A stretch of 64,000 bases of DNA from Candidatus Brocadiia bacterium. GTDB taxonomy: Bacteria > Planctomycetota > Brocadiia > CAIUPP01. The notes beneath the pieces are model-generated. The model did not search any database and had not been told where the DNA came from. It worked only from the letters and a program-made list of their open reading frames with translations. The stretch lies in assembly GCA_050015075.1 (NCBI GenBank), contig JBEKCB010000005.1, positions 137,436 through 201,435 of the forward strand. Reading direction: 5' to 3'. Below are positions 29,401 through 37,094 of this stretch, piece by piece. Each line of letters starts with the position of its first letter. Positions within the stretch are counted from its first letter, which is position 1. The translations under genes were made by a program, and so were the position numbers.

Positions 29401-30397
29401 TCAGACGGAGCTGGCGGCCCGGAAGAAGGCCGAGGAGGAAAACCTGGCCCTGCAGCAGGCCGTTGCCGAGGCCGCCCGGATGAGCGAGGAATTCGGAGGC
29501 GAGCGCGCGCGTCTTGGAGAACAGGTGAAAGAACTCTCGGACGCCCTGAACGAAACCAAGGCACACGTCCTGGTCGAAATGGACGAGCGCGCCGACGCCG
29601 AGAAGGAAAAAAAGCAGCTCGAGCAGGATGTCGAGCAACTCAAACGAGCCGACGAGGAATTGCGGACGCAACGGCTGCAGCTCATGGGGCGACTGAAGGA
29701 CAACAGCGAGGGACTCTCCAGGGTTCGGGAGCAACTCCAGGAGGAAGCCGTAGATCGGAAACGGGCTCGTGAGGAGAACGACAAGCTGCGCCAGGATCTG
29801 GGCGAGGCCTTGCGCGCAACGCAGGAGGCGAAGAAGAGCGCGGAGGAGTTTGAAGCGCGCGCGCGCGCGCACGCCGAGGAACTGATGAAGGCCAACGAAG
29901 CGCTGCGACAGGAAGCCGCCGAACGCCAACGCGCCCGGGAGGAAAACGACCAACTCCGGAGCCTGACGGCCGAGACCAAAGCGGCCTTGGAGGAATCGGC
30001 GACGCAGCGCGACGAGTATAAGAGTTGGGCCGAACAGCGCGCAGAAGAACTGCGGCGGCAAATCGCCCTGCAGCAGCAAGCCCAGGAAGAGAACCAGCAA
30101 CTTCAGCAGAAACTCGCCAAGTCCATGCAGTCCGTGGAGACCTTCAGGGCAGGATTCGAGGCGCTCAAAGGCCTGGCGAAAGCGAGCGCCGACGAAACAG
30201 CCAGGGAGAACGAAGCCCTTCGCCAGAAGCTGGCCGAGTACGAGCGGGAAGGACAGTCGCTGGGCACGGTCCTGAACGACCTCTCCGCGTCAGGGAGCAA
30301 GTTCCTCGGCGCGCTCGAGAAGTTCAAAGCGCACGGTCGGGAGCCGCCTCGCCCTGAGACCCCGGGCGCAGCGTCCGAGGCCGGGGAGAATCGCTGA
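26402..30397 (+). CDS. PAS-domain protein with very long repetitive coiled coil (56-aa period)
   Basis: FRVLVENLAEPVVIMDRAGTIRFMNPRAERML...WQGQPAMQVSLRNVT (PAS/PAC), then ~1200 aa of E/Q/R/L/A coiled coil. Confidence 0.88.
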   Translation: MNSKERRSNEPLQLSSEATADFRVLVENLAEPVVIMDRAGTIRFMNPRAERMLVLGLKEQVEAYLKNPSHRQPDSQVRFRVDRFGDLVLRIHISNVPWQGQPAMQVSLRNVTHYVTPAQRFSEETAQFNGDNGGSQRSLEQLEARLQDLAAERDNVYAATAQRLAQETAQFQKNQQEAQAQRERLEAQLKELAAEKERIEQSLRAELAQLREAAAKAEPANEDLVQARRTMDELAAARRELEARTGHSPEEWSSLRQLQADAAEAESRLAAAQKKSRAAAEKASAERRQAQDEAQSLRERLAEAERATAESAERNRRLDEQVNQLAAERENAARQLHDAIAARDRSQDEIARLQQLLDAAGRAQEELSAGRQALEERARQQADELLKSGAQLQAESASRAEAEKTVAQLQAQVADGDNAKAESERLRQQIAETESAGKNLHAEQQRLTERAQQAEEASAKLRDQLRQQLEELQRLRDANSLMEQERAASARVADELRARSQTIEGRAKEQADELTKALEQLRAEIAQREKLTAEASQLRDEAAESRRVREELETRLLQLQGPLAELARAQEQSKAELAKETELRARAVAEVQQLRQEVSAARQAQAQLAAQRAELQVQVEELTAPRKRPDEELEKEKAAQLELAELTARCLRFQEEIKKLAASQERANVQLQVEYAERKRTEEENEQLREHVAESKRAAEYLRNQRNVLEGEVKRCGDEIAALTQQLRHEGGQGKQAQVENEQLRQAQAGWEARYFQVQEQLKELARAREEVKAQLEKEVGQRTRAEAAVQQLRQEVSAAQRARAELAAQQTQLQAQRRELSVFQGNSQAELEREIVERKRAQGEVEQLRHERFVLQKAQEELELRHTQFQTQLDDDARALDEARLKLQEEHSQRELSEKQNEQLSQEIGQVNRALQESEAKRSELEAATTARPAETEKLVKQVGQEAAEREQLQARQHDLELELAELRQAEAKWQRQRDELEALVQLRSEAMEKTDQQLQTELAARKKAEEENLALQQAVAEAARMSEEFGGERARLGEQVKELSDALNETKAHVLVEMDERADAEKEKKQLEQDVEQLKRADEELRTQRLQLMGRLKDNSEGLSRVREQLQEEAVDRKRAREENDKLRQDLGEALRATQEAKKSAEEFEARARAHAEELMKANEALRQEAAERQRAREENDQLRSLTAETKAALEESATQRDEYKSWAEQRAEELRRQIALQQQAQEENQQLQQKLAKSMQSVETFRAGFEALKGLAKASADETARENEALRQKLAEYEREGQSLGTVLNDLSASGSKFLGALEKFKAHGREPPRPETPGAASEAGENR

Positions 30398-30500
30398 ATC
30401 CTGACCGCGGTCCGCGCGGAGAAACGTCAGGGCACAGTGGCGCGGGCTGTTGCGCAGACTCAACGTCCGGAGGCGAACGCAACCGGACCCGACTTCGCAA

Positions 30501-30614
30501 CTATTTCCTCTTGCACGTGCATTTCGCCGAAGGTTTCTTACAGGCTGAACAAACTCCGTCCTTGATCGCTGCCCCGCATTTGCTGCACGGGCTACATCCG
30601 CATGTCTGGCACAT
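30501..30614 (-). CDS. small cysteine-rich metallothionein-like protein (37 aa; not in the ORF track)
   Basis: Manual translation MCQTCGCSPCSKCGAAIKDGVCSACKKPSAKCTCKRK*; 9 Cys; RBS GAAAGGGG 10 nt upstream. Confidence 0.8.
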   Translation of the reverse strand: MCQTCGCSPCSKCGAAIKDGVCSACKKPSAKCTCKRK

Positions 30615-30659
30615 GATAAAGCATCCCCTTTCTTCTGCCAGCCGCTCCACTGTGTCCTT

Positions 30660-30694
30660 ACTGAAAGCTAAGCAATTGAAAGCAGAATTGTCAA
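30660..30694 (-). promoter_or_regulatory. candidate promoter/operator of the Cys-rich peptide gene
   Basis: TTGACA (overlapping the upstream stop)-18bp-TAGCTT; GCTTTCA direct repeat twice. Confidence 0.45.
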
Positions 30695-31833
30695 GACTTT
30701 TTCGGCCCCTTGAACCGCCGCGTGGGCACCGTCTCCGCGCGCATTCCGGTCGCGACCGCGACGGGAACCGCGCCGCCGCCGGCTTGCTTCAGGGCGGAAA
30801 TGACTTCCTTCTCCCGGCCGGGCGCGACCGAGATGAAACTGTTCGTCCCCAGCACGATCTTGCTGCCCAGCGCGCCGCCGCCTGTGGCGGCGGTGATCAA
30901 CGCCTCGATCTCGGGAACGTTGTATCCCAGGTAATCCCGGAGCAACTCGTGCTGCTTGTCCATCATCTCGACCAGCCGGTCGTCGTCAATCCCGTACTCG
31001 CTCTCCAGCAACTCGAAGGCCTGCCGGCTGAGATCGCGCATCGCCAGCTGCGCGTACACGACGCCGGCATCCGCGTCCGGCAGTTCCTTGAGGCGCGGGA
31101 TCACCTCGTCGTCGGAGGCGTCGCGCAGGTTGAACCCCTCCTGCATTTTCACGACTGCGCTCAGCGCCGAGAGCGTGGCCCGGACCGCCTGCGCGTGCCG
31201 GTCGAGGCCATTCCCGCCCGGCCCGGCGCAGCAGCTCACCAGGCCCGGCAGCGCGCGGTCAATCAGCGCCACCTGGGACGGCCTGGCCGCCGGGAGCGCC
31301 GGGTCGCCGGGCTCCAGGAACAACATCCCGCCCAGAATGCAGGCGTACGTCTCCGGGATCCACCACGCGGTGCGCGGCTCGTCCCGATAGGCCCGGCAGG
31401 CGGCCTGCGCCGTCTCATTGGCCGAGAGCTCGGCCAGTCGCTCATCCAGCGAGAGCAGCGCAACGGCCCACGCGGCGAGCAGCGCCGGGCTGTCCGGCAG
31501 CGCATCCGTCCAGGGCGCGCGGGAAATGACGTGAAAATCGAATCCGGCCTGAAGTTTTTCTTTCCGCGGCGGCGCCGCGCGAAACGCCTTTGAAAGCGCC
31601 GGCATCTGCGGGAACGCTTCCGCCGCTTCGCCCGGCTCGAACGACATCGGCTCCGGAATCCACGGCGCGCTCACCGAAAACCGGCCGTCGCTCCGAGGCG
31701 TCGCCGCAACGGCGGTGCGCAGGTCCAGCGCCAGCGTGACGGCCGGAAGGCCGAGGAAATACTGAAGGTCGCCGAACAGCCGGACCGGCCAGGGCACGGA
31801 GACGATGAGCGTTTTCCCCTGCTCGACGGTCAT
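30691..31833 (-). CDS. GHMP kinase (galactokinase-like) fold protein with degenerate motifs
   Basis: VPWPVRLFGDLQYFLGLPAVTLALD, YACILGG, MMDKQHELLRDYL...PEIEALI...GALGSKI follow the GHMP layout. Confidence 0.7.
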   Translation of the reverse strand: MTVEQGKTLIVSVPWPVRLFGDLQYFLGLPAVTLALDLRTAVAATPRSDGRFSVSAPWIPEPMSFEPGEAAEAFPQMPALSKAFRAAPPRKEKLQAGFDFHVISRAPWTDALPDSPALLAAWAVALLSLDERLAELSANETAQAACRAYRDEPRTAWWIPETYACILGGMLFLEPGDPALPAARPSQVALIDRALPGLVSCCAGPGGNGLDRHAQAVRATLSALSAVVKMQEGFNLRDASDDEVIPRLKELPDADAGVVYAQLAMRDLSRQAFELLESEYGIDDDRLVEMMDKQHELLRDYLGYNVPEIEALITAATGGGALGSKIVLGTNSFISVAPGREKEVISALKQAGGGAVPVAVATGMRAETVPTRRFKGPKKS

Positions 31834-32270
31834 TGAGGCTCCGCCTTGAACGGTCCCTCGAACGCCGTGTCGAAGTCGAAACCGCCCGCGAAATCCTCCC
31901 GCGCGTCGCTTTCCGTCTTCCCCAACAGCCCGTGCTCGACCAGGTTGAAGACGATCTCGCCGAAATCCTCCGTGCGCCGGACGCGCCAGGTCCGGAAAAC
32001 GGTCGGCGCCAGCGGTCCGAACATTTGCGCGGCGTACTCGCGAATGCCGTTGAGGAGTTCCTGCCCGCTGACGTGCCGCTGCGCCGGCGTCAGGTCCGGG
32101 GCGTTGCGCCCGAGCGCCTTCTGCGTGTACGTCAGCGCGTCGTAGATGAAAAGATATGCCGCCAGTTCGTAGCGCGAATCGCGGGAAAGGATCTGCTGCC
32201 GGATGGCGGTCTCCGCCGGCACCGCCTCCGGCTTCGCTGCGGGACTCTGCGGAGCTTTTTCCTCAGTCAT
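31830..32270 (-). CDS. Minf_1886 / TIGR04138-type PVC-superphylum conserved protein
   Basis: DSRYELAAYLF, RHVSGQELLNGIREYAAQMFGPLA...W.VRRTEDFGEIVFNLVE. Confidence 0.85.
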   Translation of the reverse strand: MTEEKAPQSPAAKPEAVPAETAIRQQILSRDSRYELAAYLFIYDALTYTQKALGRNAPDLTPAQRHVSGQELLNGIREYAAQMFGPLAPTVFRTWRVRRTEDFGEIVFNLVEHGLLGKTESDAREDFAGGFDFDTAFEGPFKAEPQ

Positions 32271-32288
32271 CGGATCGGCGCCCCAGGC

Positions 32289-33815
32289 TTACGTTTCTTT
32301 CTTCGGGAACAGCGGCTGCCCGCGCCGGATCTTCGTGCCCGGCTTCAGGCCGCCCCAGGTCAGCGCTTCGGCCAGCGTGCGGCGCTCCTCCTCGATGCCC
32401 AACTGCTGCCGGATGGCCAGCGCCGAGGCGGGCATCGTCGGCTCGATCAGCAGCCCCAGAATGCGCGAGGCTTCCGCCAGGTGATAAAGCGTCGCGCCCA
32501 GCGCGGCCCGCTGGGCCGGGTCCTTCGCCTGCGACCAGGGCTTGCGCTCCTCGACGTACTGGTTCGCGCGGCGGACGAACTCCCAGATGCGCTCAAGCGC
32601 GCGGCTGAACTGCAGCTCGGCCATGCACGCGTCCACGTCCTGGAAAAGCGACGCAGCGGCCTCGGCCAGCGCGCCGTCCCGCTGAGCGGGACCGGGGTCC
32701 GGCACGACTCCCTGGAAGTAGCGGTCCATCATCGAGAGAGTCCGGAAGACGAAATTGCCCAGGTCCCCGGCCAGCTCGGCATTGTAGCGCTGGAGCATGG
32801 CGGAATCGCGGAAATCGCCGTCGAGGCCGAACGGCAGCTCGCGGAGCAGGAAGTAGCGCAGCGCGTCGGCGCCGTAGACGTCGGCGACCTCGCCGGGCGT
32901 GACGAAATTGTTCTTGCTCTTGCTCATCTTCTCGCCGTTGTGCGTCCACCAGCCGTGCGCGAAGACGCCCTTGGGCGGCTCCAGCCCGAGCGCCATGAGC
33001 ATCGCCGGCCAGATCGCTGCGTGGAACCACAAGATGTCCTTGCCGATCAACTGCACGTCAGCGGGCCAGCGGCGGCGGAACGTTTCCTCGTCGGTCGAAT
33101 AGCCGACGGCGGAGACGTAATTGATGAGCGCGTCAATCCACACGTAGGCGCGGTGCGCCGGATCGAACGGCAGGGGCACGGCCCAGTCGAGCGTCGTCCG
33201 CGTGGCGCTCAGGTCGCGCAGCCCGGCGGCCACTCGCGAGCGCAGCTCGTTCATCCGGCCGGCGGGCCGGACGAAATCCGGGCGCTCCTCGTAGAGTTTG
33301 AGCAGCCGCTCCTGGTACCGGCTCAACCGGAAGAAATAGCTCGCCTCGGAGTTCCATTCCGTCGGCCGCCCGCAGTCCGGGCACTTCGGCTGCGGCTCGT
33401 CGGACTCCTTCAGGAACGACTCGCACGAGACGCAATACCAGCCCTTATATTCGCCCGGATACAGGTCGCCGGAATCGCGCCAGCGCTGAAAAATGAGCTG
33501 CACCACCCGCTCGTGCCGCGCCTCGGTCGTCCGGATGAAGTCGTCGTGAGAAATCTCCAGCCGCTTCCAGGCATCGTGATACGCCGCGACGACGCGGTCG
33601 GCCAGTTCGCGCGGCGCAAGCCCCTCAGCCTGCGCGGCGCGCTGCACCTTCAGGCCGTGCTCGTCGGTGCCTGTCAGAAAAAGCACGTCGTAGCCGCATT
33701 GCCGCTTGTAGCGCGCGAGCGCGTCCGCGGCGATGGTCGTGTATGAGTTGCCGATGTGCGGCGAGTCGGTCACGTAGTAGATCGGCGTGGTGACGTAGAA
33801 ACCGGGCTTACTCAT
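32289..33815 (-). CDS. metG: methionine--tRNA ligase (short form, no C-terminal tRNA-binding domain)
   Basis: TTPIYY, HIGN, TGTDEHG, CVSCE/CPDC, YVWIDAL, IGKDI, KMSKS. Confidence 0.97.
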   Translation of the reverse strand: MSKPGFYVTTPIYYVTDSPHIGNSYTTIAADALARYKRQCGYDVLFLTGTDEHGLKVQRAAQAEGLAPRELADRVVAAYHDAWKRLEISHDDFIRTTEARHERVVQLIFQRWRDSGDLYPGEYKGWYCVSCESFLKESDEPQPKCPDCGRPTEWNSEASYFFRLSRYQERLLKLYEERPDFVRPAGRMNELRSRVAAGLRDLSATRTTLDWAVPLPFDPAHRAYVWIDALINYVSAVGYSTDEETFRRRWPADVQLIGKDILWFHAAIWPAMLMALGLEPPKGVFAHGWWTHNGEKMSKSKNNFVTPGEVADVYGADALRYFLLRELPFGLDGDFRDSAMLQRYNAELAGDLGNFVFRTLSMMDRYFQGVVPDPGPAQRDGALAEAAASLFQDVDACMAELQFSRALERIWEFVRRANQYVEERKPWSQAKDPAQRAALGATLYHLAEASRILGLLIEPTMPASALAIRQQLGIEEERRTLAEALTWGGLKPGTKIRRGQPLFPKKET

Positions 33816-34680
33816 CCGGCAACCGCTCCTCGGGCTCGTCGGCCGCCCCGGCTCTTGCGGCGGCTTCGCGCGGGCAGACGGTCTTGATCTGCGCCAGCGG
33901 CACGGTCACCTGCCGCTTGTCGGCGGCCAGCGCGACGGTGACGAGCTTCCTCTCGGCGTCCTGCGCAACCACTTCGCCTTCGCCCTCCGGCGTCGCCACG
34001 AGCACGCCCACGCCGGGCAGCCCGCTCTTCATGTCCTCGTAAACGCTGTCCTCGAAGCGCAGGCAGCACATCAGCCGCCCGCAGCGGCCGGAGATCTTCG
34101 CCGGGTCGAGCGTGGCCTTCTGGTTCTTGGCCATCTTCATCGTCACCGGCTCGAGGTTCTTGATGAACGTCTTGCAGCAGAGCTCGCGGCCGCAGTGCTC
34201 GTAATCGGCCAGCAGGCGCGCCTCGTCGCGCACGCCGATCTGCCGCATCTCGATGCGCGTGTGATATTCCTGCGCCAGGTCCTTCACCAGCTCGCGGAAA
34301 TCCACGCGCCCCTCGGCCAGGAAGTAGAAGATGATCTTCGAACCGCCGAGCAGGTGCTCGACGCTGGCGAGCTTCATCGGCAGGTTGCGCTCCTGGATCT
34401 TCTTCTTGCAGAAGTCGAATTCCTTCGGCTGGTCCACGTCGCGCAGGGTGGTCAGCTTTTTCAGGTCGTCGGCATTCAGCTTGCGGATCACCTCGCCGAC
34501 GACGCCGCTCTGCGCGTCCTCGCCGGCGTACGGCTCGACCGGGTTGAGGATATCGCCGAACTCGACGCCGCGTTCGGTGCGGATCACGCAGCGGTCGCCC
34601 ATGCGCAGCCCGCTGAAATCGGCGCGGAAGCCGCCCACGTGGCTCATCGCGCCGAACCGTATTGTCGCTCGGTACTTCAT
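33808..34680 (-). CDS. PSP1-domain YaaT/RicT family protein
   Basis: RVDFRELVKDLA, RIEMRQIGVRDEA, CGRELCC, KISGRCGRLMCCLRFE; start after GGAGG. Confidence 0.93.
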   Translation of the reverse strand: MKYRATIRFGAMSHVGGFRADFSGLRMGDRCVIRTERGVEFGDILNPVEPYAGEDAQSGVVGEVIRKLNADDLKKLTTLRDVDQPKEFDFCKKKIQERNLPMKLASVEHLLGGSKIIFYFLAEGRVDFRELVKDLAQEYHTRIEMRQIGVRDEARLLADYEHCGRELCCKTFIKNLEPVTMKMAKNQKATLDPAKISGRCGRLMCCLRFEDSVYEDMKSGLPGVGVLVATPEGEGEVVAQDAERKLVTVALAADKRQVTVPLAQIKTVCPREAAARAGAADEPEERLPDE

Positions 34681-34715
34681 CGAGAAAACCTCCGCCGAAT
34701 GGACGGCGTACGGCA

Positions 34716-34791
34716 GACGATGGACGATAGACGATGGACCCTGGATGACGGACCACGAACTGTCGTCCATCGTCCCTCGTCCATCGTCCAT
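34716..34791. repeat. inverted arrays of GACGATG/CATCGTC heptamers (family C)
   Basis: GACGATG GACGATA GACGATG ... GTCCATC GTCCCTC GTCCATC; in the yaaT 5' leader. Confidence 0.75.
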
Positions 34792-34819
34792 TGGGAAAAG
34801 GCCGGATTCGCTATGCTCG

Positions 34820-34848
34820 ATGATATCAGCGCCGCGGGAGACTGTCAA
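34820..34848 (-). promoter_or_regulatory. sigma70-type promoter of the yaaT-metG operon
   Basis: TTGACA-17bp-TATCAT on the minus strand. Confidence 0.75.
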
Positions 34849-34928
34849 CAAACGCCGGCAGGATGAGGCTCGAAGATGCTGAGTAGAGGATACGCTGGCT
34901 CCCTCGCTCACAACTCACGCGACATCGG

Positions 34929-35102
34929 TCAAAAATCGCCGATCCTGTGGCCAACGTTGCTTGGGTGAGGCCGATCCGCACCGTCCCAGAGGAAGGGCTT
35001 GCGCCGGCCGGAGCGGCCATCCTGCATCGCGAGGAACCAGAGAAGAAATACCAGGACGATCGCCATGCTGATTACGGCCAGCACCGCCCATACGTTTCGC
35101 AT
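34929..35102 (-). CDS. small single-TM hypothetical protein (57 aa)
   Basis: MRNVWAVLAVISMAIVLVFLLWFLAMQDG...; GAGG upstream. Confidence 0.45.
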   Translation of the reverse strand: MRNVWAVLAVISMAIVLVFLLWFLAMQDGRSGRRKPFLWDGADRPHPSNVGHRIGDF

Positions 35103-35149
35103 GGCACGCGCCTCGTTTGCATACCACCGCGAACTCAGTTCGCTTCTAC

Positions 35150-35467
35150 TTATGCATCTCGATGGCCACGCGTTTTGCGCCGTTGCAACCATTTCGCGAA
35201 AGAGGCTTGGCTTTCGCCCGAGGGCTTTCCGGTCAACAGTCCCTCTACGCTGACGTCTTCGTCAAGGCCAGGCCAATGAATCCCGGTCCCCTTGCCGATC
35301 AATCTCCATTTAGCCCGCTCGGCCGAAGTGCCGTGCAGCAATCGGGGATACCATGCCAGCGGCACGCATATGCTCCGCCCATCGCTCAAGTCAACGCTCA
35401 AGCCGTCCGCCGTCACCTTTACGTTCTGGGCGCGCGGCATTTCGATTTCAACCGTGGAAATATTCAT
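35150..35467 (-). CDS. DUF2442 domain protein (putative antitoxin)
   Basis: VDLSDGRSICVPLAWYPRLLHGT...GIHWPGLDEDVSVEGLL. Confidence 0.92.
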   Translation of the reverse strand: MNISTVEIEMPRAQNVKVTADGLSVDLSDGRSICVPLAWYPRLLHGTSAERAKWRLIGKGTGIHWPGLDEDVSVEGLLTGKPSGESQASFAKWLQRRKTRGHRDA

Positions 35468-35684
35468 TCCAACCCTCCGACAGTTCCTCTTGATTGTCAG
35501 CGACCATGCTCTGAATTCGAGCGATTTCCGCCCTGCTGAATCCGCCGCTCTTCTGCAATCTTACGGGCTGGAGCCAGAATTTTGCAACCTTGTCACCACA
35601 CTCGACATGGATATGCAGCGGCTCGTGTCGGTCGCTGGCGTAAAAGAAAAACCGGTACGGCCCGCGCCTGAGAATCGTGGGCAT
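35448..35684 (-). CDS. DUF4160 domain protein (putative toxin)
   Basis: MPTILRRGPYRFFFY...HEPLHIHV...AKFWL...WNEYF. Confidence 0.92.
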   Translation of the reverse strand: MPTILRRGPYRFFFYASDRHEPLHIHVECGDKVAKFWLQPVRLQKSGGFSRAEIARIQSMVADNQEELSEGWNEYFHG

Positions 35685-35690
35685 ACGGCC

Positions 35691-35897
35691 TCAATCCTCC
35701 TCCACCTCAATCGCCGCATCCGGGCACATCGCCGCGCAGAAGGTGCAGCCGGTGCAGGCGATCTCCTCGTGGACTTCGGCGATATGGACGCCGCGGCGGT
35801 TGACGGCGACGGACATGTAGAGGATTTTCTTCGGGCAGACCGGCACGCAGAGGCCGCAGCCTTTGCAGTATTTCTGGTGAACGCGGACTTTAGGCAT
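35691..35897 (-). CDS. 2x[4Fe-4S] ferredoxin (2-oxoacid:ferredoxin oxidoreductase delta-like)
   Basis: CKGCGLCVPVCP and CTGCTFCAAMCPDAAIEV. Confidence 0.92.
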   Translation of the reverse strand: MPKVRVHQKYCKGCGLCVPVCPKKILYMSVAVNRRGVHIAEVHEEIACTGCTFCAAMCPDAAIEVEED

Positions 35898-36744
35898 GTT
35901 GGATCGAGCCTTCCCAAAGCAGCTTGGCCCGGAGTGTCTGGAAGAAACTCCGGTTGGAAACTTTCAGCAGCCGCACCGGCCACGGGTTGCGGCGTATCCG
36001 GACGCGGTCGCCGTTCTGGAGCGGCACGAGCACCTGGCCGTCGGCGGTCATCGCGAACGAGACGCCGCTCGCCCGCGTCTCGACCTCGACCCGCGCGCCG
36101 GCGTCCACGACCAGCGGGCGGTTGCTCAGCGAGTGCGGGCAGATGGCGGAGATGACCATCGCCGAGACGTCCGGCGGGATGATCGGGCCGCCGGAGGCGA
36201 GCGAGTGCGCCGTCGAGCCGGTCGGCGTCGAGACGATCAGCCCGTCGGCCACCAGGGTGGTGACCTGCTCGCCGTTGATGAAGAGCCGCATCTCGATGAT
36301 ACGCGAGAACGCCTCGCGCGAGATGACCACGTCGTTCAGCGCGACGCACTGCCGGATTTTCCGGAAGCCGCGCCCGTTCGGCCGCAGGACTTCCGCCTGG
36401 ATCATCATGCGCTCGACCGGCTCGGGGATCTTTTTCATCAGCGCGTCGAGCGTGGCGCCGAGTTCGTCGGGGTTGATCTCCGCGAGGAACCCCAGCTTGC
36501 CCAGGTTCACGCCCAGCAGCGGGATGCCCGCGCGCGAGAGGCGCCGCGCCGCGGCGAGGATCGCCCCGTCGCCGCCGAGCACCAGCGCGAAGTCGGCCCG
36601 GACGCGCTCATGCTCGACCCGCTCGAACAAGTCGCGCCGGCTGATCCGCGCGCGGCCGCGCAACTGCGCCTCCGCCGACGCCATCGCCTCGCGCGCCCTC
36701 GGCTTGTTCAAGTCCGCCATAATCAATACTTTAGGCAGTTTCAC
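35890..36744 (-). CDS. nadK: NAD(+) kinase
   Basis: LGGDGAIL, GVNLGKLGFL, ALND, DGLIVSTPTGSTAHSLASGGPI. Confidence 0.95.
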   Translation of the reverse strand: MKLPKVLIMADLNKPRAREAMASAEAQLRGRARISRRDLFERVEHERVRADFALVLGGDGAILAAARRLSRAGIPLLGVNLGKLGFLAEINPDELGATLDALMKKIPEPVERMMIQAEVLRPNGRGFRKIRQCVALNDVVISREAFSRIIEMRLFINGEQVTTLVADGLIVSTPTGSTAHSLASGGPIIPPDVSAMVISAICPHSLSNRPLVVDAGARVEVETRASGVSFAMTADGQVLVPLQNGDRVRIRRNPWPVRLLKVSNRSFFQTLRAKLLWEGSIQHA

Positions 36745-36780
36745 CGGCTCGTCATCCCGTAAACCCGGCGCGCTGCGCCG

Positions 36781-37038
36781 TCACTCTTCCTTCGACGGTT
36801 CGCTTTCCTCTTCCGGCTCGAACGGCGCCGTCTTCAGTTCGCCGTCGTCGCTCTTGAGGAGGACCTCGACGCGCTTTTCCGCATCGCGGAGAATCTCGTA
36901 ACACTTCTTCAGCGCCTTGACGCCTTCCTCATATCTAGCAAGCGAGTCGTCAAGGGTCAAGTCACCGGCTTCGAGATCGGCGACGATCTTCTCGAGGCGC
37001 GCGAGGTGCTCCTCGAATTTCGGCTTGCTCTTCGCCAT
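36781..37038 (-). CDS. xseB: exodeoxyribonuclease VII small subunit
   Basis: FEEHLARLEKIVADLEAGDLTLDDSLARYEEGV. Confidence 0.95.
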   Translation of the reverse strand: MAKSKPKFEEHLARLEKIVADLEAGDLTLDDSLARYEEGVKALKKCYEILRDAEKRVEVLLKSDDGELKTAPFEPEEESEPSKEE

Positions 37039-37094
37039 ATCACCACCTCCGAATCATCTCACACAAAGCCACGGCAAAGCACAACGGCGAGTTC

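Noticed and set aside
26402-30397. SMC or histidine kinase annotation
   Set aside because: No Walker A/B, hinge, H-box or HATPase motifs seen
30501-30614. RiPP (ranthipeptide/lanthipeptide) precursor
   Set aside because: No leader peptide (Cys starts at residue 2) and no adjacent modifying enzyme or transporter
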